This document shows positions 50,378 to 59,627 of a stretch of 64,000 nucleotides of DNA, piece by piece. Source of the stretch: an uncultured Fibrobacteria bacterium. Lineage in GTDB: Bacteria > Fibrobacterota > Fibrobacteria > UBA11236. A model generated the notes under the pieces. That model did not search any database. It was not told the origin of the DNA and was given only the letters and a program-made list of their open reading frames with translations. Within the stretch, counting starts at the first letter, position 1; every line of letters starts with the position of its first letter. A program made the position numbers and the translations under genes. Where the stretch lies: NCBI GenBank assembly GCA_963716395.1, contig OY970309.1:1888001-1952000 (forward strand). The letters run 5' to 3'.

Positions 50378-50868
50378 CGTCCCCGCGTTCCTCCTCGCCC
50401 ATGCGCCTGAGCCGCCGGCATGAACGCTGGGTCTACGGCATAGGCGGCCTCCTGTTTCTTTCCGGCGTGGGCTGGCTGATCGCCCATTATTTCCTGGCCA
50501 AGCCCGACGCCTTCGGAAATTCCTTTCATCCCTCCGAACCCTGGTGGCTGCGCCTGCACGGCGCGGCGGCCATGGGATTTCTGCTGGTGCTCGGTTCCCT
50601 GTTCCCTCGGCATCTCGTTCCTGCCTGGAGGGTGCGCAGGAATTTCCGCAGCGGTCTCGGCGTGATTGGGGTGATGGCCTTGCTGATCGCCACCGGATAC
50701 GGGTTGTACTACGCCGCCGGCGAACAATCCCGGCCCTGGATCAGCGCCATCCACTGGATAATTGGCTTGCTGGCCGCGCTGATCGTGCCGTGGCATGCCT
50801 GGAGGGGAAAGCGGACCCGAGGCGTGCGCCCCGCCGCCTCCGCGCCCCGCGGTCCCCGGTCCCGGTGA
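50374..50868 (+). CDS. 4-TM membrane protein, probable di-heme cytochrome b
   Basis: GTGA overlap; His in LRLHG, PRH, AIHW and PWH. Confidence 0.75.
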   Translation: MTSPRSSSPMRLSRRHERWVYGIGGLLFLSGVGWLIAHYFLAKPDAFGNSFHPSEPWWLRLHGAAAMGFLLVLGSLFPRHLVPAWRVRRNFRSGLGVIGVMALLIATGYGLYYAAGEQSRPWISAIHWIIGLLAALIVPWHAWRGKRTRGVRPAASAPRGPRSR

Positions 50869-51044
50869 AGAATCGGATCGGCGGCATGGCCTTTGCCTCA
50901 GGGGGCGCCGGGATTGAACGAGGCTTCGATTTACCGATACCCCCTGGGAACAACTTCTACGGCCCCTTCGTCGAAGGGCCTGAAGCCCATGACTCTTACT
51001 TCTTATAAGTGGCATGATTGGGGTTTAGAGCAAATTTTGGATAG

Positions 51045-51758
51045 GTGCCGGCATGCGCGGCATTCTGGAGGGCACGATTGACGGCTGGGAAAAATGTCCC
51101 AAAACCCAACGCCGGGCGGAGGTTTTATCCCCGACGGCGTCCTCAAGGCGGGCCGGTAGAGAGCGGGCGACATTTTTCCGGCCGGTTGGGGTTGGGGTTG
51201 GGATTTTGCCTGTTTGCGGCCGGGGCTTCGTTCGCCGGTCCGGAAGGCACCAATCGTTTTGGTGTCAATCTGGAATTCGTGGGCTTGACCTATCACCCGG
51301 GCGGGGGGGAAAACGAAGGTTATCCGCGGCAGCTTGATGACGGGGCCTATTGGGTGTTGCTGTTGGGGGCGCAGGTCGACGCGGACTGGTATTTCCACAA
51401 GTATGGATTGCTCCGGGCCTCCGTGGCCTTGAACAAGGATTGCGCCGATGTGTGGTCGGGCTTCTTCCATCTGGGTCCCCGCCTCAATCTTCCCTGGGGT
51501 CCGCACTTCGTTTTCCGCATCGGCATCGGCCCCACCTTGGTGTGGCGGCAGAATTGGTACGGAGTGGTGGCGGGCTATACGCATGACAGTTTTTACGGCC
51601 AAGGGACAAGCGGCGCCTTCCAGTCGCGGTTTATATGGTATGGCGGGAACATCGATCTGGAATGGAAGGTGAAACGCAATATCAGTCTGGTCTACGGCAA
51701 TATCCCGGGTTACCCCCACGTCATCACCAGCAGTTTCGGCGCCCGATACAGTTTTTAA
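51045..51758 (+). CDS. Hypothetical outer-membrane beta-barrel protein
   Basis: Signal-like segment, aromatic beta strands, ends GARYSF; true start probably downstream. Confidence 0.7.
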   Translation: MPACAAFWRARLTAGKNVPKPNAGRRFYPRRRPQGGPVESGRHFSGRLGLGLGFCLFAAGASFAGPEGTNRFGVNLEFVGLTYHPGGGENEGYPRQLDDGAYWVLLLGAQVDADWYFHKYGLLRASVALNKDCADVWSGFFHLGPRLNLPWGPHFVFRIGIGPTLVWRQNWYGVVAGYTHDSFYGQGTSGAFQSRFIWYGGNIDLEWKVKRNISLVYGNIPGYPHVITSSFGARYSF

Positions 51759-51832
51759 TTCTCGGGCAGCCGGTGCGCGCCCTGCAATCCCCGGCCCTTG
51801 ACCCGCCGGGCGCCGATTGCTCCCTTGCCGCT

Positions 51833-52834
51833 ATGATCGCCTTCGGTATCGAGACCTCGTGCGACGAAACCGGGTGCGGGCTGGTCGATGCCGACTACCG
51901 CATCCTGGGGCAAAGCCTGTATAGCCAGGCGGCGCAACATGCGCGCTACGGAGGCGTGGTGCCCGAAGTGGCGGCCCGATCGCATTTGGAAAAGCTGGGG
52001 TTGGTGGCGGCCGCGGCTTTGGAGGCTTCGGGACGCACCGTGCACGAGATTGATCTCATCGCCTACACGCGCGGCCCGGGTTTGCTCGGGCCCTTGCTGG
52101 TGGGGGCTTCCTTTGCGCAGGGGTTGGGCCGCGCCCTGGGCAAGCCCGCGCACGGGCTCAACCATCTCGAAGGCCATGTGGCGGCCGCGTATTTTACCGA
52201 CCCCGATTTGCGTCCGCCCTTCTTGACCTTGCTGGTTTCCGGCGGTCACACCGAATTGGTGCTGGCGCAGCCGGGTTTCCGCTTTCAGGTGCTGGGCCGC
52301 ACGCGCGATGACGCCGCGGGCGAAGCCTTCGACAAATGCGGCAAACTGCTGGGTCTGGGATATCCGGCCGGCCCCGAGGTGGCGGCTTTGGCCGCCCAGG
52401 GCCGGCGCGATTGGCTGCGCCTGCCGCGGGCCATGCTGGAGCGGGGCAATCTCGACTTTTCTTTCAGCGGATTGAAAACGGCCCTGGCGCGCGAGGTACA
52501 AAAACGTGGAAGCGACAAACTCGCAGCCAACCTTCCCGACTTCTGCGCATCGGTAGAAACCGCCATCGTCGATGCTTTGCTGGCCAAAACCCGATATGCC
52601 TTGGAAGCGTCGGCTTTGGATTGTTTGGTACTGGCCGGTGGTGTGGCAGCCAACGCCTATTTGCGCGCGGAAATGCAACGAATGGCGCAAACCGAGGGGT
52701 TTCGCCTGGTTCTTCCCCAACCCCGGTTTTGCGGCGACAACGGTGTCATGATGGCGGGCGCGGCTCAATTGCGCCACCGATCCGGGATTTGGCCGGAATC
52801 GGGCGCCGTGCGCCCGGATTTATCTTGGGACTGA
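51833..52834 (+). CDS. tsaD: tRNA t6A37 threonylcarbamoyltransferase
   Basis: GIETSCDET, GGVVPEVA, HLEGH, LLVSGGHT, FSFSGLKT, DNGVM. Confidence 0.96.
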   Translation: MIAFGIETSCDETGCGLVDADYRILGQSLYSQAAQHARYGGVVPEVAARSHLEKLGLVAAAALEASGRTVHEIDLIAYTRGPGLLGPLLVGASFAQGLGRALGKPAHGLNHLEGHVAAAYFTDPDLRPPFLTLLVSGGHTELVLAQPGFRFQVLGRTRDDAAGEAFDKCGKLLGLGYPAGPEVAALAAQGRRDWLRLPRAMLERGNLDFSFSGLKTALAREVQKRGSDKLAANLPDFCASVETAIVDALLAKTRYALEASALDCLVLAGGVAANAYLRAEMQRMAQTEGFRLVLPQPRFCGDNGVMMAGAAQLRHRSGIWPESGAVRPDLSWD

Positions 52835-52863
52835 TGGGGATCATAACGCCGCCCCGGCTCCGA

Positions 52864-52893
52864 TTGACAAAGCGAATTGTTCCGGCCTATAGT
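52864..52893 (+). promoter_or_regulatory. Near-consensus sigma70 promoter
   Basis: TTGACA-18-TATAGT followed by a GGAGG RBS. Confidence 0.7.
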
Positions 52894-52918
52894 ACTTTAG
52901 GCACAAGCCGGGAGGGGT

Positions 52919-53575
52919 ATGCGTTCGGCATCTTTGTGCATTGGTGTTTCCGTGCTGTGGATGGCCATGCGCGTGTGGGCCGTCGACACTGAAAAAAAAC
53001 CGCTGGAAAACCCTCCGGCTGCGCAAGCTGATCCGGCCGCCGCGGTGGCACCGGCTTCGGCCCTGACTCCGACGAGTAATGACGAACTGCCTTCCGCCGC
53101 CCCAACCACAGCTTCTACCCCGTCTGTCGGGAGCGATCAACCTGCGGCTTCAACGGCGCCGTCGCCTGCATCAGCATCAGCCGACGGCGACAAAGCCGCG
53201 CCGGTTCCGGCCAAAGCCGATGTGGCGGACCAATCCGTGACCGAAGCGGAAAAAGCCGAGGTGGCGAAGAACATCAAAGACCCGGAATTGCGCAAGCATA
53301 TTCTCGAAAACATTGACGTTTTCGGGAAGTCTGAAATGCCGGCCATTTACATTTTGAATCCCGGTACCGAGGGCGAGGATATTCAGGGTTCTTTGTTGAC
53401 GCGGGATTTCACCGCCGATCCCTATTTCATGCAGAACATCGACCGCGAAGAATTCGAACGTGAAACCTACACCCTTGATTTCCAAACCGAAGCGGTGGTG
53501 AACCCCGCCGCGGTGACGACCCAGCAAATAGACAAAGACAAGAATAAAGACAAAAAGAATAAAGACGCCCGCTGA
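52919..53575 (+). CDS. Exported hypothetical protein with Ala/Pro/Ser linker
   Basis: Signal peptide; low-complexity N-terminus; K/D-rich tail. Confidence 0.8.
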   Translation: MRSASLCIGVSVLWMAMRVWAVDTEKKPLENPPAAQADPAAAVAPASALTPTSNDELPSAAPTTASTPSVGSDQPAASTAPSPASASADGDKAAPVPAKADVADQSVTEAEKAEVAKNIKDPELRKHILENIDVFGKSEMPAIYILNPGTEGEDIQGSLLTRDFTADPYFMQNIDREEFERETYTLDFQTEAVVNPAAVTTQQIDKDKNKDKKNKDAR

Positions 53576-53987
53576 TTCGGTTTCCGCAGCGAAGATCCCG
53601 CTCAAATTTGTTTCGCCGGTTGTCGGCTTCGGGAGGAAGAGCGAAACCTGGTTCCCGAGCCGGGCGGGGAATTTCCCGGATCGGCCGGCTAAGTCGGGCC
53701 ACGGTATAATCCTTTCTCCGCCTTCTTTGTTTGCGCTGAATAAATTTATTTGCGGAAGCGAACGTGACATCCAACGAAGCCTGGCGGAAAACCTTCGCCA
53801 TCCGCGTCTTCGTTTGGAAAAGCTCCCCGTGTCACGCCGGTCGCGCCTTGAGGTTGCGGATTGCCTGCGAGCACGCCCTGCGTCAATTTGAAATCGTTCG
53901 TATGTCGAACTGAAACAGGCCTTGGATAGTTTGGCGAGGATGCAGCGTTTTCGTTTGCATTCATCCCACTTCAACCTGGAGAGCACT

Positions 53988-56048
53988 ATGACGCGTTTTC
54001 ATCGCGCCTTTCGTTTTGTGCCGGCATTATTGCTGGCGGCGGCCGCCAGTCATGCGGTTCCCACCCTCATCGCTACGGGGTCCATCGCCCAAGACACCGA
54101 CTTATCGGGCCTGCACGACATTTTGGAGAACGGGGTTCCCGACAACATTCTGGGCGGTATCGGTTCGGGGCTGGCCTATGCCGGCGGAACCACCTTCTTG
54201 GCTGTGCCCGATCGCGGGCCCAATGCCACCACCTACGCGGGCGGCGACCTCATCGACAATACCGACTCGTACATTTCCCGCTTCGAGACCCTCGATTTGA
54301 GCCTTACGCCCGCGGCTTCCGGCGGTTTGCCCTATACCTTGACCCCGACCTTGCTCGGCACGACTCTGCTGTACTCGCATCAATCTTTGTATTACGGCAG
54401 CACGCCGGGCCTGCCCAGCGCCGTACCGCCGGCCAACACCCGCTGGAAGCATTATTTCACCGGACGCTCTGACGATTTCGGTCCGGGGCTATCAACCGAC
54501 CCTCTGGATGCCCGCCTCGATCCCGAAGCCATCCGCGTTGCCAAAGACGGCAACAGCGTGTTCATCGGGGACGAATACGGGCCTTACGTTTATCAATTCG
54601 ATCGCGCCACCGGCCGGCGCCTCCGCAGCTTCAAGCTGCCGAATCACTTCGCCGTCAAGCATTTGAGTTCCCTCGGCGACAACGAAATCGCCGACAACGA
54701 CACCGGGCGCGTCGCCAACAAAGGCATGGAGGGTCTGGCCATTTCTCCCGACGGCAAAACCCTGGCCGGTTTCATCCAAAGCCCCTTGATCCAGGACGGA
54801 GGCAACGGAGGGCGTTGCAACCGCATCGTCACCATCGACATCGCGAGCGGCGCCACGCACGAATACGTGTACGATAACCTGATCGCGGGCAAAACCTACA
54901 ACAGCAGCGAAATGGTAGCGTTGAATGATCACCAATTTCTGGTGCTGGAGCGCGACGGCAAAGGTCTGGGCGACGGTAGCAAGGCCAAGGTCAAGCAGGT
55001 CTGGGAAGTGGATATCGCCGGGGCCCATGACGTCAGCAACCTGGCGGGCGAGGATTCTTTGCTGCCCTATGCGGCGCCCAAGAAACTGTTCCTGAACATC
55101 GCGGCCCAACTCGAAGCGTTCGGCATCCCCGACACCCTGATCCCTTCCAAGATCGAAGGCATGGCGTTCGGCGCCGACATCAGGCGGAACGATTCGCTGT
55201 ATCACACGCTTTACATCGGCAACGACAACGACTTTGTCCCCGCCACCTCCGGTCCCTCGCTCTGGTATGTCTTCGCCTTCACCGACGCGGATTTGGCGGC
55301 CGACTCGCTTTCCTACACGCCGCAGGAAATCATCGCGCGCGGTCCCGATTTGTCATTGCGCAAAACCGCTTCCTCCCGGTTCGTAATCACCGGCAGCGAC
55401 GTGCGCTATGCCTTGACCGTGCGCAACCAAGGGTTGGTACCGGCCACAAACGTGTCGCTGCTTGACGCCCTGCCCGCCGGTTTGGACTTCGTCTCTTGCG
55501 TTTCGACCGGAGTTTGTTCCGGCAGCGGCAATTCCCGCGCCGTGCAATTCCCGTCTTTGAACGGAGCCGCGAGTCAAACGGCTTGGATCAACGCCATGCT
55601 GAGCTGCGCGGTGCCCAATGGAACCCGCATCGTCAACGTCGCCACGGCGAATATGGACGTTGCGGACCCGAGCCCAGGCAATGATTCGGCCACTGCCGGC
55701 ATCGTCGCCGTGAATCCCGCACCCGTGATCCGCGCGGTTTCGGCGGCGCCCGCGGTGCTGCCGGCCAACGGACAAATGGTGCCGGTGCGCGTGAACTACG
55801 CGGTGCGCGACAATTGCGACGGGTCGGTGTGCTCGCTTCAGGTGTTCAGCAACGATCACGGCGCGGCCGCCGGATCGGATGGGCGTGTTCTCGACGATCA
55901 CAACGTGCTCTTGCGCGCCGAAGCCAATACCAACGGCAATCGCTTCTATTCCATTCCCATCTCCTGCAAAGACAGCGGCGGCGCGACCTCGGTTCGGGGC
56001 GTGTCGGTGGAGGTGCTCGCCAACCACGGTAGGTTTTCGAGACGCTGA
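53988..56048 (+). CDS. Esterase-like activity of phytase family protein with DUF11 and C-terminal Ig-like domain
   Basis: DRGPN, DPEAI, DEYGP, NKGMEGLA, KIEG, NDNDF; DLSLRKT..YALTVRNQG. Confidence 0.9.
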   Translation: MTRFHRAFRFVPALLLAAAASHAVPTLIATGSIAQDTDLSGLHDILENGVPDNILGGIGSGLAYAGGTTFLAVPDRGPNATTYAGGDLIDNTDSYISRFETLDLSLTPAASGGLPYTLTPTLLGTTLLYSHQSLYYGSTPGLPSAVPPANTRWKHYFTGRSDDFGPGLSTDPLDARLDPEAIRVAKDGNSVFIGDEYGPYVYQFDRATGRRLRSFKLPNHFAVKHLSSLGDNEIADNDTGRVANKGMEGLAISPDGKTLAGFIQSPLIQDGGNGGRCNRIVTIDIASGATHEYVYDNLIAGKTYNSSEMVALNDHQFLVLERDGKGLGDGSKAKVKQVWEVDIAGAHDVSNLAGEDSLLPYAAPKKLFLNIAAQLEAFGIPDTLIPSKIEGMAFGADIRRNDSLYHTLYIGNDNDFVPATSGPSLWYVFAFTDADLAADSLSYTPQEIIARGPDLSLRKTASSRFVITGSDVRYALTVRNQGLVPATNVSLLDALPAGLDFVSCVSTGVCSGSGNSRAVQFPSLNGAASQTAWINAMLSCAVPNGTRIVNVATANMDVADPSPGNDSATAGIVAVNPAPVIRAVSAAPAVLPANGQMVPVRVNYAVRDNCDGSVCSLQVFSNDHGAAAGSDGRVLDDHNVLLRAEANTNGNRFYSIPISCKDSGGATSVRGVSVEVLANHGRFSRR

Positions 56049-56090
56049 AACCCGAATACAGGCCGACGGCCTGAACGGAATCCAAATGAA

Positions 56091-56119
56091 ATTCCGGGGC
56101 GAAAGCCCCGGATTTGTTT
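56091..56119. terminator. Terminator hairpin, possibly bidirectional
   Basis: TCCGGGGC-GAAA-GCCCCGGA flanked by A and T runs. Confidence 0.7.
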
Positions 56120-56122
56120 CGG

Positions 56123-56278
56123 CTACGGCAAAAGCGGAACCGCATGCACGGGGGAGATCAGGACGTTCCGACCCAGCGCCTCGATCATGTCGCCATTGCC
56201 AATGGAACAGACGGGGAGCAGGGAAATTCCGAACTGACCCCTGAGGGTTTTCTGCGACGGCGAACGCATCGTGAAAAT
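56123..56278 (-). pseudogene. Orphan copy of the GH10 gene 3' tail (58425-58580)
   Basis: About 17 mismatches in 156 nt by hand alignment; same stop position. Confidence 0.9.
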
Positions 56279-56373
56279 AGGCATGGCCGAGATGTAGGAC
56301 GACCCTCGGCCCATCCACGGCCGCGATCCGCCCGCACCGCACTCGGCCTCGCAGAGACCTTTTCAACGACCCG

Positions 56374-57327
56374 TTAGGCCACGCGCAAAACGATCTTGCC
56401 CCGCGTATGGCCGGTCTTGAGCGTTTCCATGGCCTTGACGGTTTCCGAGAGCGGCAACTCCGAAGCGATCTCGATGCGCAGCTTGCCCGCCACAGCGAGC
56501 CCGGCGATGTATTCCAGAGCTTGCGGGTTCATCGTGTTCCGGAGGATCTCCGCGCGCACCCCGTGTTTGGCGGCATCCTCCTGCGAAGGCGGCTGCACGA
56601 TGGAGACCAGAATGCCACCCTTCTTCAAGGCGAGGAAGGAACGCGCCTGCACCTCTCCGCCTTGGGTGTCGAACACCACGTCGGCGTCGCGCACCGCCTC
56701 CTCGAAGCGGGCCGACGAATAGTCGATGGGCACATCGGCGCCCAGCTCCTTCAGATAAGGTTGGTTTCGGGCCGAGGCCGTGGCCGCCACGATGGCGCCC
56801 TTGTCTTTGGCCAACTGGATGGCGTAACCGCCCACGCCGCCGGCACCGCCCTGAATGAGGACTTTTTGTCCGGCCTGCAATTTCGCCACGTCGAACAAAG
56901 CCTTCCACGCAGTCAGGGCCGCCACGGGCAAAGTCGCCGCTTGGGCATGGTCGAGGCCCACCGGCTTGGCCGCCACTTCATTCTGCCCCGAGACCCGGTA
57001 TTCGGCGAAGCTGCCCGGGGCGGTTCCGAACACCGCATCGCCGACTTGCCATTTCGTGACTCCCGGCCCCAAGGCCGCCACCGTGCCCGAGAAGTCCAAG
57101 CCCAAGGTGAAAGGCAAGGGCAGCGGCCCCAAAAGGCCCGAGGCCATTTTGTAATCCGCCGGATTCGCCGCGGTCGCATGCACCTTAATCAATATCTCCC
57201 CGGCTTTGGGTTCGGGCCGCGGAGCGTCTTCGTAGTGCATCACTTCCGGGCCCCCGAAAGCGTGGATGCGAACAGCTTTCATGGTGGCCTCGTCCGCCAG
57301 GTTCCGGGATTGAGATTGCGTGTTCAT
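56374..57327 (-). CDS. NADP-dependent oxidoreductase (MDR / zeta-crystallin family)
   Basis: MKAVRIHAFGGPEV, GLDFSG, GGAGGVG, RGKIVL; AAGGAG RBS. Confidence 0.93.
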   Translation of the reverse strand: MNTQSQSRNLADEATMKAVRIHAFGGPEVMHYEDAPRPEPKAGEILIKVHATAANPADYKMASGLLGPLPLPFTLGLDFSGTVAALGPGVTKWQVGDAVFGTAPGSFAEYRVSGQNEVAAKPVGLDHAQAATLPVAALTAWKALFDVAKLQAGQKVLIQGGAGGVGGYAIQLAKDKGAIVAATASARNQPYLKELGADVPIDYSSARFEEAVRDADVVFDTQGGEVQARSFLALKKGGILVSIVQPPSQEDAAKHGVRAEILRNTMNPQALEYIAGLAVAGKLRIEIASELPLSETVKAMETLKTGHTRGKIVLRVA

Positions 57328-57589
57328 GCTTAATCTCCTTTGTCTTTCTTTCCGGGTCCGTTTCCGATCAAGCCCGGGATCCCTTAATGATCCGTTGTTG
57401 CGAGTCGTAAAAGCCCGCGTTACTCTCGCCTTAAAATTCAAACCCTCGCCCCAATATTCAAGTCGCCCCATTGCCGCCTTTCGATTCGAGCCCCAATACC
57501 CCATTTTCTTTGCCCGCTTCCCCATTCGCTACTCAAACCGTCGGCGCCGCGCATTCCATAGCGCGCCCTGGCCTTCCTCCGAGGGTATC

Positions 57590-57763
57590 CTACCAGTTAC
57601 CCTCTCTGTCCGGATACTCCGGCCATTCCGCGATCGCGGCGGCGAAGGCCTCCTGCAGCGCATCTTCCGCCAATCCGAAATCCTTGCACGAGGCGATCAG
57701 GGACGCGAGCACGAGGCCCCAATCCTCGCGGTATACGCGCTCGATATCGACCGCGCCGCTCAC
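57590..57763 (-). pseudogene. 5' fragment of an ECF sigma factor (ECF42-like)
   Basis: IERVYREDWGLVLASLI..DFGLAEDALQEAFAAAIAEWP, then a stop. Confidence 0.8.
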
Positions 57764-57891
57764 GAAAAGGTCATAATGGGGCGCACCTCGATCGAGCCGT
57801 AGCGCGCGGCCGGAATCTTAGCGGCCGTAGCCAACTCCTCATCCAAATCCTCAGCTTCTATCAGGTAGTAGCCCGAAAGCGGCTCCTTCAT
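57760..57891 (-). pseudogene. 3' fragment of a YciI/DGPF-family gene
   Basis: KEPLSGYYLIEAEDLDE..AAKIPAARYGSIEVRPI; GTGA overlap with the sigma fragment. Confidence 0.85.
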
Positions 57892-58063
57892 CGCCCCCTG
57901 TCCGGGGTGCTTGACAAGAAGGCGAATGGATCCGGCCCCGATCGAAACGCGTCCCCGATTTTTTCGGGGCGGTCCTTTCGGTGCCTAGGTAATTCAAAGC
58001 CCGCTCCTCATCATTTCCTCCATCCCCGACCCCGTCCCGCCTCGTCTTGCGGCTTTGGAACGG

Positions 58064-58177
58064 TCCGCCCCCGCCGGCATGATCGCGGTGAACCCCGCGC
58101 CCTTCATCCACCCCACGGCGGCTGCGCCGGATGTGCTGCGCCCGGCCGACGGTCGCGGAAAATTTTCGGAACGTTGA
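58064..58177 (+). pseudogene. Degenerate, internally deleted copy of the phytase-like gene 3' region
   Basis: SAPAGMIAVNPAPFIHPTAAAPDVLRPADG vs SATAGIVAVNPAPVIRAVSAAPAVL-PANG; RGKFSER* vs HGRFSRR*. Confidence 0.8.
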
Positions 58178-58206
58178 TCGATCCGGAAGGTGTGAAGAAT
58201 CGCGGA

Positions 58207-58364
58207 CTAAGATTTCCAGCGCAGGCCGAAATACGTCGGGCGTCCGCACAGTGGCCCCAAAATATGCGAGGGGTGGTGATTGTCTTGCGCATCCCGGAAC
58301 AACGGACTGTTCCTACGAGTCCGGTTTGCCTGGTGTTGAAGAAAAGATTTTCGGCGCCGAAGTA
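58207..58364 (-). pseudogene. Degenerate copy of the TBDR 3' end (60102-60257)
   Basis: YFGAENLF..SHILGPLCGRPTYFGLRWKS* vs YAGAENLF..SHIWGPLRGRQMYVGLRWKS*; internal frameshift. Confidence 0.88.
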
Positions 58365-58424
58365 CCGTCGTGCAGGGCGACCGCGGCGCGCGGGTCAAGG
58401 GATGGGAACCAGCTTGCGTTACGG

Positions 58425-59627
58425 CTAGGGCAAAAGGGGAACAGCATGCACCGGGGAGATCAGGGCGTTCCGGCCCAGCGCATCGACCATGCCACCATTG
58501 CCAATGGAGAAGACCGGGATCGGGGAAATTCCGAACTGACCCCTGAGGGTTTTCTGCGACGGAGAACGAATCGTGAAAATGGACGTGGCCACGCTGCCCG
58601 GAGTCCTGGCCGCGAAGGCTTTGCGTTCGGCGACGATGGTTGGATCGGCATTGTTCATGGCGGTGATCAAGGCCTGTACGGCCGCTTTGGGCTGATCCTG
58701 GCCGTCGAACAGCAGGCAACCGCAACTGCTGCCCAGCCAGGAGTTCGCATCCGACAAGCCCCAGGTGTTGAAAGTGACGCAATTGAAGTTCTCCAGACAG
58801 GCGTTCATCAGATTGGTCCAATCCTGGGTCGTCCCATTCTTGATGTCGATTTCCGTAAGGGAAATGCGCACACCCAATTGGCCGAAGCGTTTGATGTTGT
58901 TGGAAATATCCGATTGGTTGACACCGCTCGACAGATGGCATTGCAGGCCGATGCCGTCGATGGGCACCCCGTTCTGCATCCATTTCTGTACCAGATTGTA
59001 AATGGAAGTCGACTTCGAGTTCACGCCGTCGGCCCCGTAATCGTTGTAGTACAGATAGCCGTTGGTGCCGATCACGCGCCGGGCGATGGTCAAGGCGGAA
59101 TCCGGATAGTCGCTGCCGATGTTCGTCAGCCAAAAGTCGCTACGCAGCCCCCCCGATCCATCCGCGGTGATCTCGTTGAGCACGTCCCATTCCAGGATCT
59201 TGCTCTTGAAGTGTCCGCCGACGGAGTCGATATGGGTCCGCATGACGGTCAACCCGGAAGTGCGGTCATGGACGGCACCTTGAGCCACGGTGGACTGGGA
59301 ATGCCAAATAAAATTATGGCCGCGCATCTTCATTTGGTTCGCGACCGCAAAAGCGGAGACCTGGTCTCCCGCAGTGTAATGGAAGCTGCCGATAGGGTTC
59401 TCGGTGTTGTCGAACTTCATTTCGTTTTCGCAGACCACCGAATTGAACTGCGTCTTCAGGACCGTGGCATAGGTGGAAGTGGAAGTGCTGACTTGGTAGC
59501 TGTTGGTTGCCGACCCGAAGTTAAGCCCGGCATTGGCCGCGGCATCGCGCAAAGTGGTGGCTTGGGACCACGCGGAGGAAGCAAACAGCGGAAACGCCGC
59601 GAAAACGAAAAGCGGATGGCGGATCAT
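58425..59627 (-). CDS. GH10 endo-1,4-beta-xylanase
   Basis: Signal peptide; ENEMK, RGH, WDVLNE, YNDY, GIGLQCH, TEIDI. Confidence 0.95.
   Translation of the reverse strand: MIRHPLFVFAAFPLFASSAWSQATTLRDAAANAGLNFGSATNSYQVSTSTSTYATVLKTQFNSVVCENEMKFDNTENPIGSFHYTAGDQVSAFAVANQMKMRGHNFIWHSQSTVAQGAVHDRTSGLTVMRTHIDSVGGHFKSKILEWDVLNEITADGSGGLRSDFWLTNIGSDYPDSALTIARRVIGTNGYLYYNDYGADGVNSKSTSIYNLVQKWMQNGVPIDGIGLQCHLSSGVNQSDISNNIKRFGQLGVRISLTEIDIKNGTTQDWTNLMNACLENFNCVTFNTWGLSDANSWLGSSCGCLLFDGQDQPKAAVQALITAMNNADPTIVAERKAFAARTPGSVATSIFTIRSPSQKTLRGQFGISPIPVFSIGNGGMVDALGRNALISPVHAVPLLP

Noticed and set aside
56355-56379. Integron attC site (minus strand GCCTAAC-N5-GTTGAA overlapping the oxidoreductase stop)
   Set aside because: No matching GTTRRRY right arm, no further attC sites and no integrase; at most a degenerate IS/MITE end
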